Notes under the pieces: generated by a model | Database searches by the model: none | Told to the model about the DNA's origin: nothing | The model's input: the letters and a program-made list of their open reading frames with translations, nothing else | Position numbers and translations under genes: made by a program | From: Planctomycetota bacterium | GTDB lineage: Bacteria > Planctomycetota > GCA-002687715 > CAIWVZ01 | Assembly: GCA_044222185.1 (NCBI GenBank) | Contig: JBGANV010000013.1 | Location: forward strand, 10,480-74,479 | Length of the DNA stretch: 64,000 nt | Direction of reading: 5' to 3' | Shown: positions 62,052-64,000 of the stretch, in pieces | Position numbering within the stretch: the stretch's first letter is position 1 | Layout of the letters: each line of letters begins with the position of its first letter

Positions 62052-64000
62052 ATGATTTCGAACAAGGTTCCGCTGATCTGCCTGGTTCTGGGACTCGCCG
62101 TGTTTCCCATGATCGCCCAGGTCGACGTTGCGGATGCGGATCGCGACCTGCAGGGCGTCGTACGCGACCAGGAGAACGCCCTCACCCGACTCAAGTCCCT
62201 CCGGACCCGCATGGAGCGACTCAAGGGACGCATGCAGAAGGACGGCCGCGAGCACTCCGCCGAACTCCTGCAGAAGGCGCTCGACGAGCTGACCTCGTCG
62301 AACATCGAGCAGCGCATGTCGGACGTGGCGACGAAGCTGAAGGCCAACGAGCGCCTCGCCAGCCTCGCCGAGGCCGAGCAGGTCCTCCAGAAACTCCAAT
62401 CCGTCCTGAACCTGCTCCTCGAAAAACCCGATCGCACCGAGCTCGAGAAGAAGCGCGAGGAGTTGGAGAAAGCGCTCGAGACACTCGCATCGATCAAGGA
62501 CGAGCAGCAGCAGGTCCGCAAGGACACGGCCGACGTCCGCAACGCGCTCACGCCGGAGCAGCGCGCCGCCCTGGAGGCCGCTCGCAAGAAGCTGGACGAC
62601 CTGCGGCAGAAGTACGCCGAGCAGCGCAAGGAGACGAACAAGCAGATCGACATGGATCCGGAGGCGCTTGCCCAGGCCATGCGCGAGATCGATGCCCTGA
62701 AGGAAAGGGTCGAACAGGCCGAGAAGGCCGCCAACGACGTCGCGGGGCAGAAGGCGCGAAGCGCCGTCCGCAAGACACGCGACCAGCTCCGCGCCATGGA
62801 GCGCCAGGCCGACGCAGCGCAGGCGAGTGCCGCATCGCGAAACGCCGCCGAGCGCGCCGCCGAGAAGGCCCGCGCGGCGCAGAAGAGCCTGTCGGCAGCA
62901 AAGGCCTCCATCGATTCCGTCCAGGGTGACGTGGACGCGATGAAGGAGGCCGCAAGCGAAGCCTCCGAAGCTGCCGCCAAGGCTCGCGAAGCCTTGGATG
63001 CCGTCAAGAAGGCGAACGACGAGGCCAAGGCGGGCGGTCAGGTCGGAGGCGATCCGGCCGCCGAGGCCGAGCGCGAGCAGGCGACCGCCGCGGCAGCGAA
63101 GGCCGCGGAAATGGCTCAAGCGGCCGCCGAGCGCGCGCGCCAGAAGGCGGCGAAGGCCGCAGACACGCTGAAGCAGGCCCGCGAAGCCGAGAGGAGTGGT
63201 GCCTCCGCGGAGGCGGCGCAGCAATCCATGAAGGCCGCGGCGGCAGCGGCGAAGGAGGCGGCGGACGAACTCTCGAAGGCGGCCGAGCAGGCCAATGACG
63301 CCGCGGGCCAGGACCAGGCGTCCACCGGGAAACCGTCGCCAGACAAGGCCTCGGGCGACCTCGCCAAGAACCTGGCCAAGCAGGCGTCGGAGGCGGTCGA
63401 CGCGCTGAAGCCCGCGACCGAAGCCGACGGCGACCGCTCGCTCCAGAAGGGCGCCAAGGCGGCGAGCGAGAAGCTCCGGAATGCTGCACAGCGCATGGCC
63501 GACTCCGCCCAGCAAAGCGCCGAGGCGAAGAGCGGGCTCGCGCGTGAGTCCGCCGCACAAGGACGCCGTGAGTTGGAGCAGGCTCGCCAGGCACTCGACG
63601 ACGCGCTCGGCGAGGAGGAAGCGGGTAGCGACACCCCGGGGGAAGCCGAGAGTTCCGCCGCTGAGAAGGCCGACGACCTCGCCGACCGCCTCGACCCGAA
63701 CGGCAAACCAGCCGACAGCGCCGCCGGTGGAAAGCAGCCCAACGGCAATCAGCCGCAGGGCAATCAGCCGCAGGGCAATCAGCCGCAGGGCAATCAGCCG
63801 CAGGGCAATCAGCCGCAGGGCAATCAGCCGCAGGGCAATCAGCCGCAGGGCAATCAGCCGCAGGGCAATCAGCCGCAAGGCAATCAGCCGCAAGGCAATC
63901 AGCCGCAAGGCAATCAGCCGCAAGGCAATCAGCCGCAAGGCAATCAGCCGCAGGGCAATCAGCCGCAAGGCAATCAGCCGCAAGGCAATCAGCCGCAAGG
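62052..64000 (+). CDS. Secreted long coiled-coil protein with GNQPQ repeats (runs off window)
   Basis: MISNKVPLICLVLGLAVFPMIAQ...; Ala/Glu/Lys-rich open frame to the window end. Confidence 0.8.
   Translation, partial: MISNKVPLICLVLGLAVFPMIAQVDVADADRDLQGVVRDQENALTRLKSLRTRMERLKGRMQKDGREHSAELLQKALDELTSSNIEQRMSDVATKLKANERLASLAEAEQVLQKLQSVLNLLLEKPDRTELEKKREELEKALETLASIKDEQQQVRKDTADVRNALTPEQRAALEAARKKLDDLRQKYAEQRKETNKQIDMDPEALAQAMREIDALKERVEQAEKAANDVAGQKARSAVRKTRDQLRAMERQADAAQASAASRNAAERAAEKARAAQKSLSAAKASIDSVQGDVDAMKEAASEASEAAAKAREALDAVKKANDEAKAGGQVGGDPAAEAEREQATAAAAKAAEMAQAAAERARQKAAKAADTLKQAREAERSGASAEAAQQSMKAAAAAAKEAADELSKAAEQANDAAGQDQASTGKPSPDKASGDLAKNLAKQASEAVDALKPATEADGDRSLQKGAKAASEKLRNAAQRMADSAQQSAEAKSGLARESAAQGRRELEQARQALDDALGEEEAGSDTPGEAESSAAEKADDLADRLDPNGKPADSAAGGKQPNGNQPQGNQPQGNQPQGNQPQGNQPQGNQPQGNQPQGNQPQGNQPQGNQPQGNQPQGNQPQGNQPQGNQPQGNQPQGNQPQGNQPQ
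63744..64000 (+). repeat. 15-bp tandem repeat GGCAATCAGCCGCA(G/A), at least 17 units
   Basis: Read directly. In frame with the 62052 CDS; encodes GNQPQ. Confidence 0.97.

Noticed and set aside
61956-63998. Minus-strand ORF with (LRLIA)n
   Set aside because: Antisense shadow of the plus-strand GNQPQ coiled-coil gene.
63744-64000. CRISPR array
   Set aside because: Contiguous 15-bp units with no spacers, in frame in a CDS, and no cas genes.

Overview
High-GC bacterial DNA. Gene content (aroD-aroE fusion, MoxR/DUF58/VWA/prenyltransferase-repeat cluster) suggests Planctomycetota, but this is inference. The window has three blocks. (1) 1-15.6 kb: a heavy-metal (Cu/Ag-type) resistance island with CusA/CusB-type RND, a TolC-family lipoprotein, a Tat multicopper oxidase, a haem-binding protein, a CDF transporter, HtrA, and a duplicated module of a Cys-containing leader ORF followed by a CPxxG-repeat protein. 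(2) ~15.8-30.4 kb: an integrative element next to tRNA-fMet. It carries a large serine recombinase, a primase-helicase, a SpoVG-like protein, a XerC-like recombinase plus a stand-alone integrase core-binding-domain protein, a ParB-methyltransferase, four small-terminase-like HTH genes (no large terminase, portal or capsid seen), a two-gene QatB/QatC(QueC)-like module, two arrays of 11-bp-phased repeats and four copies of a ~50-bp hairpin. This looks like a phage-satellite-type element and is the most novel part of the window. (3) 30.6-64 kb: core genes (aroK, aroDE, ispE, glycosyltransferases, panC, folK, pssA, psd, eno, ftsB-like) and a MoxR-associated cluster that ends in a GNQPQ tandem repeat. 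All family calls come from motif recognition by eye; no database searches were run.
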